Assembly (NCBI GenBank): GCA_015062385.1
Contig: SUUT01000006.1
Location: 7,587-71,586 of the forward strand
DNA length: 64,000 bases
Reading direction: 5' to 3'
Origin: Alphaproteobacteria bacterium
Lineage (GTDB): Bacteria > Pseudomonadota > Alphaproteobacteria > CAAHEQ01 > UBA3637
In this document: one piece after another, positions 1 through 8,668 of the stretch
How the letters are laid out: every line of letters begins with the position of its first letter
How positions within the stretch are numbered: position 1 is the stretch's first letter
Made by a program: the position numbers and the translations under genes
The notes under the pieces: model-generated
Seen by the model: only the letters and a program-made list of their open reading frames with translations
Databases searched by the model: none
Told to the model about the DNA's origin: nothing

Positions 1-1
1 T

Positions 2-757
2 TTTGAAATTACGGGTGTATCCGATATTATGCGAGGCAGTTCTAATGAACGGGAAACCGCAACCGCTGTTGAGAAAAAGACAAATTTTGGTACATTACGT
101 AATCAAGACCGTCAGAATGATATGCAACGCTTTTTGGCAGATTTATATCGTATTAAAGCCGATATGATTTGTACCTGTTTTACCCCGGATACATTGGCCG
201 GTTTTGTAAACGTGAGCGAAGGATATACCGAAAATGTTATTCAAGAAGCCGTATCGCTTTTAAAACAAGATAAATTAAGGGGGATGTTGCTTCATGTTGA
301 ATCAACGGGTATTGTTAATACTCAGGAAGAAATTTTACGTACGACACAGGGCGTTCAGATATTACAAGATTTGTTAAAAGATGCAATGAGTTTTGTATCT
401 GCTCAACCGTTATTGTTACCGATTTATAAGCAAATGATGATGACGGTTATCGGGCAAATGCCACAAGCTCGATCCTTTGAAAGTGTGTTGGATCAAACGT
501 TTTCTCATATTAAGACTGATTTGGAAAAACCGGATATGCAAGGTACGGAACAAATGCAACGCCATACTCAATTAACAGATCATCAAATGCGTATGGAAAA
601 TCAGGCATTGGAACAACAATTGTTTGAGCGAAAATTATCCGTTCGCAAATTACAACAAGAGTATGAATTAACGAAAGAAAAAAATGCCATTGAACGGGAA
701 AAAAATCTGTTGAAACAACGAGAGTTGGATATGAAAGAACATGAAACACAACAGTAA
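2..757 (+). CDS. phage portal protein, C-terminal part (5' end outside window)
   Basis: The frame is open from base 2, so ORF 29..757 is only the tail of a longer gene. It has a long Q/E/K-rich helical C-terminus (QQLFERKLSVRKLQQEYELTKEKNAIEREKNLLKQRELD), like podovirus portal barrels. It lies in a tail/lysis/terminase block. The call rests on resemblance and context only. Confidence 0.45.
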   Translation, partial: FEITGVSDIMRGSSNERETATAVEKKTNFGTLRNQDRQNDMQRFLADLYRIKADMICTCFTPDTLAGFVNVSEGYTENVIQEAVSLLKQDKLRGMLLHVESTGIVNTQEEILRTTQGVQILQDLLKDAMSFVSAQPLLLPIYKQMMMTVIGQMPQARSFESVLDQTFSHIKTDLEKPDMQGTEQMQRHTQLTDHQMRMENQALEQQLFERKLSVRKLQQEYELTKEKNAIEREKNLLKQRELDMKEHETQQ

Positions 758-767
758 AGCGGATTTG

Positions 768-785
768 TAGTTTTGCTATATGTTT
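768..785 (+). promoter_or_regulatory. conserved phage intergenic motif, copy 1 of 6
   Basis: tagttttgctatatgttt lies directly after the portal stop. It shares the consensus TA(G)TTTT(A/G)CTATA(T/A)GTT with copies at 1075, 6180, 8589, 9130 and 9155, all on the + strand. Confidence 0.5.
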
Positions 786-859
786 TTAATTGATATTATT
801 ATTTTAAGTTTTAAGTCATTGTTTTCTTTCCCCACTGTCACATTGGATTTAACATCTAT

Positions 860-1048
860 CGTCAATTTTGGAAAAATGTGAGAGCATTTTATCTGAAATC
901 TTGTCACGATAATGACACATCGTTTGTACTACTTCTAACTTTTCTTAGTTTTTCGTCTCCCTGAATTTATTTCAGAGTCTCGTGACGATAATGGTACATT
1001 TTTTGTGCCTGTTCTTTATAAGAATCTGAAACAAGTTCAGATTGACGG
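860..1048. repeat. two tandem hairpin-rich REP/MITE-like units
   Basis: The units carry terminal CGTCA-plus-hairpin ends (ctgaatttatttcag, ctgaaacaagttcag) and a central GTCACGATAATGG...GTGCC block. The first unit is collinear with 27271-27368. The same family occurs at 8244-8572, 18571-18743 and 27271-27490. Confidence 0.75.
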
Positions 1049-1074
1049 TAAGGGTAAGGAAGAATGAAAATACA

Positions 1075-1092
1075 TACTTTTACTATATGTTT
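1075..1092 (+). promoter_or_regulatory. conserved phage intergenic motif, copy 2 of 6 (left arm degenerate)
   Basis: tacttttactatatgttt begins the 500-bp block that is duplicated at 6180-6680. Confidence 0.45.
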
Positions 1093-1145
1093 GGACCATT
1101 AAAAATATCAATATTTGTTTAATTTTAACAAGAAAGGAAATCAAA

Positions 1146-1741
1146 ATGACAGATTTATCAACTTACGATATCTTAAATGATATCAGAAACGGGAAGACGC
1201 CGGTCAAAAGACAAAATCCGCAACCAGGGAAAGTCCGTATTATTATATTCAGTCTAACGGAGATAAATCATATCTGCCAATAACGGAAAAGAATATTATC
1301 GGTGTAAATTCGGCAGATGAACCCAATCCGCTTTGGCGTAGTACGTTTCAAAAGACAACAAATAAGGGAAGTAGTGAATCAACACCGACAAGTGTTTCCG
1401 ATTTGGTTTTATCGGGAACAGGCGATACATCTCCAACGGATAGTTTGGGAATAAATTCCACACAAACGGATAATTTGGGCTTTAATTCTGTTTCATCAAC
1501 AAATAACACAATGTCTTTGTTTGATACGCCTCAAACAATGTCGTCAATATTAGGCACAAGTTCAACCGGTTCGGTTAATATTGAATCAAAATGGCCAAAG
1601 TTATATCAAGCGGCCCGAGAATTTAACCAACAAGAATTGTGTAATAATATTGCTCGGACAACAAAAGATCGTCCGGATATGATAGAAAGAAACGCTTGGG
1701 GTTTAAATGAATGTTTGCAGGATGATTTTATTCAAAAATAG
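1146..1741 (+). pseudogene. frameshifted orphan copy of the 6251..7354 gene with a different short C-terminus
   Basis: The same RBS and ATG context as 6251 is present (aagaaaggaaatcaaaatgacagat). Where 6331-6335 has GGGGG, this copy has AGGG (1226-1229), one base shorter. The ATG frame therefore stops at 1281-1283 and the homologous frame continues as track ORF 1403..1741. Homology ends near 1574, after which a different 55-aa tail follows. Confidence 0.7.
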
Positions 1742-1756
1742 CTTGCAAGGAGCGGA

Positions 1757-1788
1757 TATTGAGCATATAGTAAGCTATATGCTCAATA
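1757..1788 (+). promoter_or_regulatory. perfect 14-bp stem hairpin/palindrome (tattgagcatatag-taag-ctatatgctcaata)
   Basis: Read directly from the sequence. There is no following T-run. It contains the same ATATAG/CTATAT arms as the six-copy motif and lies between the orphan gene and the tandem array. Confidence 0.6.
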
Positions 1789-1810
1789 TAGTGTCTGGGA
1801 GGAGGGTTGC

Positions 1811-2275
1811 ATGTTCAAGAATAAATTTTTCCATATTTTAATTTGTTTGTGTATGAGTTTTACAGGATACGCCCAAGAACCGACAACTTTTGTAGATGAA
1901 CGGTTTAATCAGGTGTTAAAAGAATATTCATACAGGAGTGGAGATGCAAAGGTGACTCCTGATACTGTGATTAATCCTTACGGAAATGAATATGTTAATA
2001 TTATTAAAGGCGATTGTGAACTGTTAAAAAATGAAATAGGATACATTAAACTGCATTGTCGTACATGGAAAGTGTGTATGAAAACACCCAGTTGTGATGC
2101 TCCGGTAGAGCCTTTTTCGGATGACTTTATTTTTGTGATATTGGATGAAACAACGGAGAGGGAAGGTAAAACATATCGACTGATACACATGCGATATTCA
2201 GGAGGAGGTAGTTTTGAAGATTTTTTTTCCAGAACAACATTAATGATAGAGGAAAAGTCTAATGTTCAAGAATAA
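1811..2275 (+). CDS. secreted 154-aa protein, tandem copy 1 of 3
   Basis: It has a Sec-type signal (MFKNKFFHILICLCMSFTGYA|QE) and four conserved Cys. It is one of three head-to-tail copies with a 451-bp period, each ATG lying 14 nt inside the previous ORF. Confidence 0.7.
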   Translation: MFKNKFFHILICLCMSFTGYAQEPTTFVDERFNQVLKEYSYRSGDAKVTPDTVINPYGNEYVNIIKGDCELLKNEIGYIKLHCRTWKVCMKTPSCDAPVEPFSDDFIFVILDETTEREGKTYRLIHMRYSGGGSFEDFFSRTTLMIEEKSNVQE

Positions 2276-2726
2276 GTGTTTCCATATTTTAATTTGTTTG
2301 TGTATGAGTTTTACAGGATACGCCCAAGAGCCGATAACTTTTGTAGATGAACGGTTTAACCAGGTGTTAAAAGAATATTCATACAATAGTGGTGATGTAA
2401 AAGTGACTCCTGATACTGTGATTAGTGCTTATGGTTATGAATACGTTAATATTATTAAAGGCAATTGTGAATTGTTAGAAAATGAAATAGGATACATTAA
2501 ACTGCATTGTCGTACAAGGCAGAACTGTATGAAATCACCCAGTTGTGATGCTCCGATTAAGGCATTTCAAAATTATTTGAGTTTTGAGATATTGGATGAA
2601 ACAATAGAGTGGAAGGGTAAAACATACAGGCTTGTAGAAATGCGATATTCAGGACGAGATAAATTAGAAGATTCTTTTTCCGGAACAACATTAATGATAG
2701 AGGAAAAGACTGATGTTCAAGAATAA
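2262..2726 (+). CDS. secreted 154-aa protein, tandem copy 2 of 3
   Basis: Paralog of 1811..2275 with the same signal peptide and Cys spacing. Confidence 0.7.
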   Translation: MFKNKCFHILICLCMSFTGYAQEPITFVDERFNQVLKEYSYNSGDVKVTPDTVISAYGYEYVNIIKGNCELLENEIGYIKLHCRTRQNCMKSPSCDAPIKAFQNYLSFEILDETIEWKGKTYRLVEMRYSGRDKLEDSFSGTTLMIEEKTDVQE

Positions 2727-3177
2727 ATTTTTCCATATTTTAATTTGTTTATGTGTGAGTTTTACAGGATATGCTCAAGAGTCGATAACTTTTGTAGATG
2801 AACGGTTTAATCAGGTGTTAAAAGAATATTCATACAGGAGTGGAGATGCAAAGGTGACTCCTGATACTGTGATTAATCCTTATGGGAATGAATATGTTAA
2901 TATTATTAAGGGCAATTGCGAACTGTTAAAAAATGAAATAGGATACATTAAATTGCATTGTCGAACATGGCAAGACTGTATGAAAACGCCCAGTTGTGAT
3001 GCTCCGATTAAGGCATTTCAAAATTATTTGAGTTTTGAGATATTGGATGAAACAATAGAGTGGAAGGGTAAAACATACAGGCTTGTAGAAATGCGATATT
3101 CAGGACAGGATAAATTAGAAGATTCTTTTTCCGGAAAAACATTAATGATAGAGGAAAAGCCACATGGTCAAGAATAA
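2713..3177 (+). CDS. secreted 154-aa protein, tandem copy 3 of 3 (mosaic of copies 1 and 2)
   Basis: The N-terminal two thirds match copy 1 (YRSGDAKVTPDTVINPYGNEYV). The C-terminal third matches copy 2 (IKAFQNYLSFEILDETIEWKGKTYRLVEMRYSG). Confidence 0.7.
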   Translation: MFKNKFFHILICLCVSFTGYAQESITFVDERFNQVLKEYSYRSGDAKVTPDTVINPYGNEYVNIIKGNCELLKNEIGYIKLHCRTWQDCMKTPSCDAPIKAFQNYLSFEILDETIEWKGKTYRLVEMRYSGQDKLEDSFSGKTLMIEEKPHGQE

Positions 3178-3211
3178 ATGTTTCTATGATCTTGCCGGTT
3201 ATTTATAAACT

Positions 3212-3748
3212 TTAATATAATCCGAAAAATGTCGGGTAAAATAATGGTTTATCAATGTTGGAAATTAGCGGAATCAAAATGTTTTGATCGTATGCATATT
3301 CCCATATTCGCCAAACAACGGGAATTAAAATCAATGCCCAAGCCCAGTTTGGATTTTTGCGATAAATATAAATTGACAAGACAATCGCAGGCAAGCATAT
3401 CCCTAAAAACAAACCATTATACAAATAAAATTCTTTTAAACAATGCCAATCCCATCCGCAGGTATAACAACCCCATTTTACCCCGGCTGACAAGCCGTTT
3501 GTCCATACGTCAATAATAAAATAAAATGTTAATGCCAAAAACAACATATCAAAAACAGTTATGCCGATAAACAAAATCTGAAAAATCTTAGCTAAAACAG
3601 AATGTGACGGTTTATTCGGTGTTGTATCAATATCTTTTGATTTTAACCGTTTACGCACTGACGGTAATAACCGATATGATAATGGGACAAAAGCCGATTG
3701 ATAGGCCCGTTTAATATTTCTGGATGATTTGCGAGGCATTACATTCAT
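3212..3748 (-). CDS. integral membrane protein, opposite strand inside the phage block (moron-like)
   Basis: The 178-aa ORF has several hydrophobic helices (ILFIGITVFDMLFLALTFYFII, LFLGICLPAIVLSIYIY, WALILIPVVW). No family was recognised. Confidence 0.5.
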   Translation of the reverse strand: MNVMPRKSSRNIKRAYQSAFVPLSYRLLPSVRKRLKSKDIDTTPNKPSHSVLAKIFQILFIGITVFDMLFLALTFYFIIDVWTNGLSAGVKWGCYTCGWDWHCLKEFYLYNGLFLGICLPAIVLSIYIYRKNPNWAWALILIPVVWRIWEYAYDQNILIPLISNIDKPLFYPTFFGLY

Positions 3749-3913
3749 TCTCCCTGATAGATTTATTCAAAATTCTATCAGGTAATTTTCTGAATTGCAA
3801 CAGAAAAAAACAGGTGTCGCAAAATTTCTTTGTCGGCACTTTTTATTTTAATTTTTAACGGGCGTTATTGTGTTTAAAGCATACAACGCTCTTTTTTTAC
3901 GGAGAAAATAAAG

Positions 3914-4639
3914 ATGAGTACGATTTTAGAAATTTGTCAGGATGTTGCTTCACTGGTTGCAACACAAAAACCGGATACATTGTTTGATACGGATAATCAA
4001 CAATCCGCCATTTTTTTAAGCATTGCCAAAGATACGTTGGAAAGTTTACGGCGTTATGGTGATTGGCAGGAGTTAACCAAAGAGGGCTCTTTAACCGTTA
4101 CGCCTAATAAGTCAATCTATCGATTACGGGATGTTTGTCCTGATTTTTATTCATTGATGAACAATACGGTATATGTGCGGGATACGTCCGAACGGATTAT
4201 CGGGTCCATTACGCCCGAACAATGGATGAATGACCGTTTTTTTAATGTAGGTGTATCGGAAATGCGGTTTAAAATTCAAAATAATTGTTTGCGATTTTTA
4301 ACACCGCCCACACAACGTTGTCGGATTGTGTTTTATTATCGGTCAAGCGTTATTGCGGTTTCATCCGAAACGGATTGTCCATGTGATGAAATTGAAAAAA
4401 CAACCTTAACGGCAGATACGGATATTCCTGTATTTGATGAATATCTGGTTAAGTTGGGTATTATCTGGCGGTGGTATAAACGTAACGGATTGCCATATGA
4501 AGAAGAATTTAACGAATATACAAAGGAAGTGAAAAATCGTTTTAGCAATGGGTTATGTTTAAAAGATATTCCGTTAGCCCGTTGTTTTGATACGTCTTTA
4601 AACGGATTGGGAGGTGTTCATGTTATTACGAAAGCCTAA
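3914..4639 (+). CDS. phage structural protein (head-tail adaptor/tail accessory candidate)
   Basis: The 241-aa ORF has an RBS (ggagaaaataaagatg) and overlaps the next gene by 20 nt. The call is by position only, upstream of a large beta-rich tail-like protein. Confidence 0.4.
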   Translation: MSTILEICQDVASLVATQKPDTLFDTDNQQSAIFLSIAKDTLESLRRYGDWQELTKEGSLTVTPNKSIYRLRDVCPDFYSLMNNTVYVRDTSERIIGSITPEQWMNDRFFNVGVSEMRFKIQNNCLRFLTPPTQRCRIVFYYRSSVIAVSSETDCPCDEIEKTTLTADTDIPVFDEYLVKLGIIWRWYKRNGLPYEEEFNEYTKEVKNRFSNGLCLKDIPLARCFDTSLNGLGGVHVITKA

Positions 4640-6182
4640 TCGAACAAACAAGTCGGTCAACTATGTGTTGCCGTGTCCCAGCGGGGGATTAAATGCCCGT
4701 GATAGTCGGGATAAAATGCAGTTAACCGATGCCATTGTTATGGATAATTATATGCCGTTAAATACACAGGTTTCTTTGCGAAAAGGATATCGTAAATATG
4801 TACCCTTGTCATGTGCAGTAAAAACATTAGTGACATATAATGCACCGGATGGAAAAGACCGTTTATTTGCTTTTGGTGGTGGTACGGTATGGGATATTAC
4901 CAGTGTTCTGGATGTGCGGGATTTGGAAAAAACATATACCGGTAATACATGGCAAACATGTCAGTTTAAAAATCGGTTGTTTGCCGTCAATGGTGTTGAT
5001 GTTCCGCAAACGTATGTGCCGGATGAAACGGGTGTTTCGGTCGGGTCTTGGGAAGATGTGTCTTTTTCGGGTGACAATTTAAATTTAACCAAGCTTGTGC
5101 AGGTTGGTGTTTCAAAACAACGCCTGTGGTTTGTTGAAAAAGGTAGTTTAACCGTTTGGTACACAAGTGGTGTTGCCGAAGTTCAGGGAACATTAATTCC
5201 GTTTGATTTTAGTACCGTTGCTACAAAAGGGGGGCATCTGGTTGCCGTTGGTTGTTGGACACAGGACGGTGGTCAGGGATTGGATGATTTAACTGTTTTT
5301 ATCACATCGGAAGGGGAAGTTCTTGTTTATAGTGGAACAAATCCAAGCAGTGCAGATGGTTGGATTTTACGGGGTGTGTATCAAATCAGCCGACCGCTTG
5401 GGTATGATTGTCTATTGCCATATCAAGGCGATTTGATTGTTTTGTGCGAAGCCGGATATTTACCGTTATCCAAAGCATTATCCTTGCAAAACGCTACCGA
5501 TACCCGTATTGCATTCAGCGATAAAATCAGGGAGCTGGTGCAAGATCGTATTCGGTCCAATCGGGCAAAGGACGGTTGGCAGGGGATTATATACAGTCGG
5601 GGCGGATATGCCTTGTTTAATGTGCCGGTTGCACAGCAATTTGAACAACATGTTGTGAATACTACAACTGGAGCATGGTGTCGGTTTACGGGTATTCGTT
5701 CTTATTGTTGGACGGTTTTTCAAACACGGCTTTATTTTGGAACAGATAATGGAGTTATGCTGTTTGATGAGGGGTATAGTGATGACGGGCAACCGATTGT
5801 CGGAGTTGTGGAACAGGCATTCAGTGATTTGGGTAGTCCGTACTTAAAAAAAGCACAGTTGATGAATCCCCGAACAAAATCATCATTGCCTTATGCTTTA
5901 ACGGTTTACTGGAATACGGATTATCAATCGGTTGAACGTAAAAATGCTTTATCGGTCGGTGATCAGAAAACGGTTTTGTGGAATCAGGTTAAATGGTCCT
6001 CATTAAAAGATAAAAGCGGGACACTTTGGGCAACGTTGAAAGGTCGTATTCGGTCGCAGTGGATTGGTTGCAATGCAACCGGTTTTAAATTGAGTTTGGT
6101 ATTTAAAACCAAAACAAAAGGAACCCTGATTGATTGGTATGAAACAGGTGTTCGCTATGAACAGGGAACCGGAATTTTATAG
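4620..6182 (+). CDS. phage tail hub/head-completion-like protein with beta-propeller-like repeats
   Basis: The start is taken at ATG 4620, behind gggagg. It has repeated beta-strand blocks (LFAFGGGTVWDIT, LFAVNGVDVP, LWFVEKGSLTVWYT, VFITSEGEVLVYSG, LYFGTDNGVMLF). Its size, position and C-terminal GFKL..L.F pattern recall P22 gp10-type proteins. Not verified. Confidence 0.4.
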   Translation: MLLRKPNRTNKSVNYVLPCPSGGLNARDSRDKMQLTDAIVMDNYMPLNTQVSLRKGYRKYVPLSCAVKTLVTYNAPDGKDRLFAFGGGTVWDITSVLDVRDLEKTYTGNTWQTCQFKNRLFAVNGVDVPQTYVPDETGVSVGSWEDVSFSGDNLNLTKLVQVGVSKQRLWFVEKGSLTVWYTSGVAEVQGTLIPFDFSTVATKGGHLVAVGCWTQDGGQGLDDLTVFITSEGEVLVYSGTNPSSADGWILRGVYQISRPLGYDCLLPYQGDLIVLCEAGYLPLSKALSLQNATDTRIAFSDKIRELVQDRIRSNRAKDGWQGIIYSRGGYALFNVPVAQQFEQHVVNTTTGAWCRFTGIRSYCWTVFQTRLYFGTDNGVMLFDEGYSDDGQPIVGVVEQAFSDLGSPYLKKAQLMNPRTKSSLPYALTVYWNTDYQSVERKNALSVGDQKTVLWNQVKWSSLKDKSGTLWATLKGRIRSQWIGCNATGFKLSLVFKTKTKGTLIDWYETGVRYEQGTGIL

Positions 6183-6197
6183 TTTTGCTATATGTTT
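6180..6197 (+). promoter_or_regulatory. conserved phage intergenic motif, copy 3 of 6
   Basis: tagttttgctatatgttt overlaps the stop of 4620..6182 and lies 54 nt upstream of ATG 6251. Confidence 0.5.
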
Positions 6198-6250
6198 GGA
6201 CCATTAAAAATATCAATATTTGTTTAATTTTAACAAGAAAGGAAATCAAA

Positions 6251-7354
6251 ATGACAGATTTATCAACTTACGATATCTTAAATGATATCAGAAACGGGAA
6301 GACCCCAGTCAAAAGACAAAATCCGCAACCGGGGGAAAGCCCATATTATTATATCCAGTCTAACGGAGATAAATCATATCTGCCAATAACGGAAAAGAAT
6401 ATTATTAATGTTAATTCGGCAGAGGAGCCGAATCCGCTATGGAGTAGTGCGTTTCAAAAGACAACAAATACGGGAAGTAATGAGGCAACACAAACAAGTG
6501 TTGCCGATTCGGTTTTATCGGGAACATTTGATACATTTCAAACGGATGGTTTGGGGACAAATTCCACGCAAACGGATAATTGGGGCTTCAATTCTGTTTC
6601 ATCAACAAATAACACAATGTCTTTGTTTGATACGCCTCAAACAATATCATCAATATTAGGTACAAGTTCAAGTGGTTCGGCAAATCCGTTTGGCACATCA
6701 TCATTTCAGCCGGATAATTCATCATTTTCTAACACAATCAATAATTATTTTACACCGAATATGTCGACTGAACAATCTTATCTTGATACCACTGCTCAAA
6801 CACAGAATACAATAGATATTAATACAAATTTAAAAACAAAGGAAAATTATTCAAACGCATATCCAATTATGCGTCCTGATAAAAGAAAATTAGTTCATTT
6901 TCCCCTTACTGAATATGTGAAGTATACAACAGGAAAGTTCGATTCCCCACATCCAAATAATCAAATTTTTGGAGCATTAAGAGATTTCGGAGAAAGTTAC
7001 ATTAATATGCAAAATGCAAATTTAAGAAGTAATCCGGAGACAAGAGAATCAGGAAAAACAATGGATAATTATGTACATTGTATAGCTAATTATAATGCTG
7101 CAAAACGAGGATCGTTAGGGGGGGGAACTGGATTGCTGTTAGGTGTATCTCGTGAGATGATGGATTTAATTAAAAATACAAAAAAAGGAGATATCTATTC
7201 GGCTTTAAAAGATGCTGTAAATGATCTTTCTGTTAATTCTGTTGGAATATTAAAAGGGATGACTAATTGGCATCAGTCAGCCGAAGAGGCTTGCCAAGAT
7301 TACAAACCGGAAAGTTATAATCCGATAGATGTTTATAAATGGTATCGTAAATAA
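6251..7354 (+). CDS. tail-associated protein: conserved N-module, S/T/N-rich linker, serum-amyloid-A-like C-terminal domain
   Basis: The start is taken at ATG 6251 (RBS aaggaaatcaaaatg). The C-terminus FGALRDFGESYINMQNAN...DNYVHCIANYNAAKRGSLGGG...VSRE parallels the vertebrate SAA motifs FDGARDMWRAYSDMREAN...DKYFHARGNYDAAKRGPGG...DARE. Confidence 0.6.
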   Translation: MTDLSTYDILNDIRNGKTPVKRQNPQPGESPYYYIQSNGDKSYLPITEKNIINVNSAEEPNPLWSSAFQKTTNTGSNEATQTSVADSVLSGTFDTFQTDGLGTNSTQTDNWGFNSVSSTNNTMSLFDTPQTISSILGTSSSGSANPFGTSSFQPDNSSFSNTINNYFTPNMSTEQSYLDTTAQTQNTIDINTNLKTKENYSNAYPIMRPDKRKLVHFPLTEYVKYTTGKFDSPHPNNQIFGALRDFGESYINMQNANLRSNPETRESGKTMDNYVHCIANYNAAKRGSLGGGTGLLLGVSREMMDLIKNTKKGDIYSALKDAVNDLSVNSVGILKGMTNWHQSAEEACQDYKPESYNPIDVYKWYRK

Positions 7355-7438
7355 TTTGTTTATGATGTAAAATTTTCTTGTTTATAGATGCATTTTGTTA
7401 TATGAATCTCGTGTAATAAGTGTATTAGGAGTGCCAAG

Positions 7439-8173
7439 ATGTTTTTATTTTGTGTTGTTTGTTTTCTTGTTTTTTTAGGATGGCAGTATCATGTTTATCA
7501 TTCTTTTTTAAGAATGACTAAATCGTGTTGCTTAATTAGTTACAAGGTTATCTTTGCACTTTTTACAATCGTATTATTTTTATTTTGTATCGGATGTTTG
7601 TTGTTATCTGTTCCGATTTGGATAATTTTTTTCGGTGGCTTATGTTTATATGTCTTGATGTTTTGCCTACTGGATATTGTATTATCACGGCAAGTGATAA
7701 AATACCGAAGTTTATGGTTTTTAAAGCCGATATGGATAAGTTTTTTTATCGTTAATTTATTATTTTTAATAATTGGTTTAGGGGAATATATTTCGGTTAT
7801 CGTATGGATTTGGGTACAATTAATGAGTGTTTTTTGGATTTGTTTATCTAAACAACTGTTTTCGTATTCTTTAAATTATACATCTATAAATGGTGTTTTT
7901 AGACGTTTATTTTTTTGTATTTCTTTGTTCTTTTCGGTAGGGATGGGGCTTATATGGATTTTGATATTTTTAAGTGTTTGCTTTTTGCCGATATTTAATT
8001 GGTTACCGGAGAATTCATCAGACACATGTTTGGATTTTGGATATTGTCAATCAGGTTTGGTAATTAAGTATTGCGATAATGATTGTTCGGATATAATAGT
8101 TAGCAAAGATTGGTGCCTATCTCAAAATTTTCATTGGGATGAAAATGGGCAGGCATGTATTTTACATCAATAA
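7439..8173 (+). CDS. polytopic membrane protein with Cys-rich C-terminal tail
   Basis: The 244-aa ORF has at least 6 hydrophobic helices. It ends in CLDFGYCQSGLVIKYCDNDCSDIIVSKDWCLSQNFHWDENGQAC. It lies directly downstream of the SAA-like gene. Confidence 0.55.
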   Translation: MFLFCVVCFLVFLGWQYHVYHSFLRMTKSCCLISYKVIFALFTIVLFLFCIGCLLLSVPIWIIFFGGLCLYVLMFCLLDIVLSRQVIKYRSLWFLKPIWISFFIVNLLFLIIGLGEYISVIVWIWVQLMSVFWICLSKQLFSYSLNYTSINGVFRRLFFCISLFFSVGMGLIWILIFLSVCFLPIFNWLPENSSDTCLDFGYCQSGLVIKYCDNDCSDIIVSKDWCLSQNFHWDENGQACILHQ

Positions 8174-8243
8174 TGTTAAAGATGAAGCTTGGTTATTGCT
8201 TTTTGTTTTGATTGTTGTTTTTCTTATTATATATCCCGCATTG

Positions 8244-8572
8244 CTCTGAATTTATTTCAAGGATTTGGTTACAATAATGGCAGAATGTTTGTGCCAATTC
8301 TACCCGAGATTCCGGACTAAATCCAGAATGACGGTAAGTGTAAATATTTGTTGTTATTTCAATCATTTTTAATGTTTTTCGTCACTCCGGACTTGGTCCG
8401 GAGTCTTGTCACAACAATGGCACACCATTCGTGCCACACCGTCCCGAGAATCTGAAACAAGTTCAGATGACGATGAGTGTAAAGGGGGGGCATCATTTTG
8501 TCCGAAATCTCGTCACGAAATGGCAGCGTGTTTGTGCCGGTTCTATACGAGACTCCGGATGACGATAGCGAT
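8244..8572. repeat. three tandem REP/MITE-like units
   Basis: The units lie at about 8244-8335, 8378-8472 and 8490-8572. Each contains GT(C/T)AC(G/A)A(T/C)AATGGCA-N8-GTGCC and hairpin ends (ccggacttggtccgg, ctgaaacaagttcag, ccggactaaatccag) next to GACG/CGTC. Confidence 0.8.
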
Positions 8573-8588
8573 GACAAACAATGATATA

Positions 8589-8606
8589 TAGTTTTACTAT
8601 GTGTTT
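8589..8606 (+). promoter_or_regulatory. conserved phage intergenic motif, copy 4 of 6
   Basis: tagttttactatgtgttt lies 63 nt upstream of ATG 8669, whose RBS context (aagaaaggaaataaaaatg) matches that of 6251. Confidence 0.5.
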
Positions 8607-8668
8607 GAGGATTTTCAATTCGTCGTTATGTATAAAATTGAGTTGTTTTTTTAAGAAAGGAAATAAAA

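Noticed and set aside
1403-1741. Track ORF 1403..1741 as an independent 112-aa gene.
   Set aside because: It is the continuation of the frameshifted 1146 gene in the homologous frame. The listed start is an internal non-ATG codon with no RBS.
1811-3177. The 451-bp tandem repeats as a possible CRISPR-like or satellite array.
   Set aside because: The units are full-length coding genes with signal peptides. They have no short repeat/spacer structure.
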